The notes below the pieces were generated by a model. That model was not told where the DNA came from and ran no database searches. It worked only from the letters and a program-made list of their open reading frames with translations. A program made the translations under genes and the position numbers. Of a stretch of 64,000 nt of DNA, positions 61,701-64,000 are shown one piece after another (the stretch's first letter is position 1; each line of letters starts with the position of its first letter). The stretch is from Felis catus (taxonomy: Eukaryota). The stretch covers positions 7,006,001 through 7,070,000 of the forward strand of contig NC_058371.1 of assembly GCF_018350175.1 (NCBI RefSeq), written 5' to 3'.

Positions 61701-62645
61701 GTCAACAGGTTTTAAAATTGAATGTCTTGACTTAACTGGATTTATATTTTGAAAGAGAAGTTCCTGGAATGTCTGGAAAATAGATCGTCACCAGTGGCCC
61801 GAGCAGCTCAAGGTTGTCAATTTTAGCTCAGAGTCCAGGGTCCAGCACGGCCAAAGTGAAGCCACAAGGAGGGAATCCTAGACCCACCAGACCTCTGTAA
61901 ATGTTCATGGTCGCCTTTATGCCCCACGAAATGCTCAGGCTGCAGTGCGAGGCACGGAGACTCCGACCTGCCAGCCTGAGCAAGTGCCCAATGCCAGGTC
62001 CTCCTGGAAGTCTAGGCAATGCCCGTGCTGGCCAGCGGCGCCCCCTGCTGGACAGAGAGCAGTGTGGCAAGACTCCCTCTTGTGACCTCCCCCACGGATT
62101 GCAGAGCCAGGGGTGTGGACTTCATCATGTGTGGGTGGAACACGTGACACACGGCCACCCAGGAAGAGCTGGTCATAGGCATCTGGGGAGCTGACTGGAT
62201 GCTTATGGAGGCCGTCTTGAGATCCAGATCAAATATTGTCCGTGTGTGCGTGTGTGTGTGCGTGTGATATACAGGTTTTAATCCAGGAAGAGAAAGTTGG
62301 ATCCCAAAATTTCTACAGGATGGTCTAGCGTGGTTATTTTCTGTGGCTTTTCCCTTGGTGGCTCAGTTGCCCTTACACTGTTTGCATTTTACCCACGATT
62401 CTGCCCACTTTAGAATCAAATCCACAGGAAAGATAGATGTCACGTGTGCATGTCTTTGGAGCTCTAACATCCAGCTAGCCCTGTTGAACTCTTTCACTGC
62501 GAAAGTGCCATGTCATCACTCATCTGTGGAATAAAAAGCAAAACAGAAGAACATAGGGCAAGCGAAGAATAAATAACATAAGGTAAAATCACAGCGGGAG
62601 GCAAGCCATAGGAGACTCTTCAAAAATTTTGTTTTCGCTTTATCT

Positions 62646-62681
<36 letters not shown>

Positions 62682-64000
62682 ATGACCAGGGGAGTGGCAG
62701 AGAGAGGCATGCACACAGAATCCAGAGCAGGCTCCAGGCTCTGAGCTGTCATCAGAGTGCCGGACACGGGGCTTGAAGTCTCAAACCCTGAGATCATGAG
62801 CTGACTGAATCAGAGTCCGAACCGGCTGAGACACCCACGTGCCCCAGGAGAACCCTTCAGTGTAGAGAAGAAAGTGAGGGTTGCTAGAGGGGAGGAGTGG
62901 GTGGGCTCCATTTGCAACGGGCGTTATGGAGGGCCCCTGTGGGGGTTGGCAGTGGGTGTTTCATGTAAGGGACGAAGCCCTAAATTCCACCCCTGAAACC
63001 AAGACTACACTCACTGTTAACTGAATTTGATTTAAATTTGGAAAATGGAGGGGGGACTGGGTGCCTCAGTCGGTTGAGTGTCCAACCTCAGCTCAGGTCG
63101 GGATCTCATGGTTCGTGGGGTTGAGCTCCACGTTGGGCTCTGTGCTGACAGCTCAGAGCCTGGAGCTGCTTTGGGTTCTGTGTCTCTCACTCTCTCCCCC
63201 TCCCATGCTCACACTCTGTCTCTGTTCTGTGTGTGTGTCCCTCTCTGTTTATTTAAACATTTTACTTCATGTTTAGAACATGAAAACAACAGACCAATAC
63301 ATTTTAAAAGTAGATTAAGGAAAAGTATTTTTCCTCTATCGGCTATGATATTTGAACATCCAGAATTCAGTATGATTTCCTGTACAAAATTCACATACTG
63401 ACATTAGTTCCCACTATGTGTGGTGTGTGTGTTTAATGCAGACTGGAAACAACAACAACAAGAACAACAGCAACAACAGGCTTTACCCTGTCAGTGCCAT
63501 TGGCAAACGACCAGAGATCTCCAATATGGCCCCCCTCCCCTAGGGGGAATTGAAGGATCATGCACTAACTCCCATTCAACAATGTATTTAGTGAGTCTCG
63601 CTCCTAAGAAATACAGGTGTGACTGAGAGCATCCATCCATACCCTGACCTGAAATACCACATTGTCGCCTCAGTGTCCACTTGAGACTGTTTTTCTGAGG
63701 TGTACAACCGAGGACCAAGATTGCAATGCAACTGAGCAGAAATGCCTGAGCCTCCTCCCTTGTGGAGGAGATTGTCCGATGGGGGGATGGTGGTCAACTC
63801 TGCGGACCAAGGTAGAGCTGCTTGGTGGCTCAGCAAGAAGAGGTGGAAGAAGGTTCCTTTCCCCCATTTGCTCTGCAGCCTCATGGGAGGGGGATTGTTA
63901 AGGGAACCTAATCTAATGAACAGGGGCCAGGAAGGCTCCACCCACCCGTCTCCAGAGACATAAGCATTTGTTTGCTCCTGGCCATTTCCAGGCAGTTAGC
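58712..64000. repeat. Start of the second tandem unit (runs off the window)
   Basis: Direct near-identical copy of 36903-42451, lacking the SINE at 41893-42128. Confidence 0.92.

Overview
This is felid genomic DNA (cat-type SINEC_Fc CAN-SINEs, carnivore L1s). It holds a USP17 / FAM90A / ZNF705-like cluster, the gene trio known from human 8p23.1. Order along the window: FAM90A-like copy A (-, exon 1 frameshifted, runs off the left edge); intronless USP17-like copy A (-, 535 aa); a spliced ZNF705-like KRAB zinc-finger gene (+, 398 aa, 8 intact fingers, full-length antisense L1 in an intron); a FAM90A relic; FAM90A-like copy B (+, 451 aa, two exons fused in frame by a deletion). From 36.9 kb a head-to-tail ~21.6-21.8-kb tandem repeat begins. 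The one complete unit holds a USP17 gene (-, 535 aa), an intact 4-exon FAM90A gene (-, 456 aa) and a CpG-rich full-length L1. The unit appears to derive from an older ~7.0-kb FAM90A-only array. Promoters carry DUX, TAATCC and NR5A-type motifs, which suggests a co-amplified early-embryo gene module (inference). All alignments were done by eye, and family assignments rest on recalled protein sequences, not database searches.
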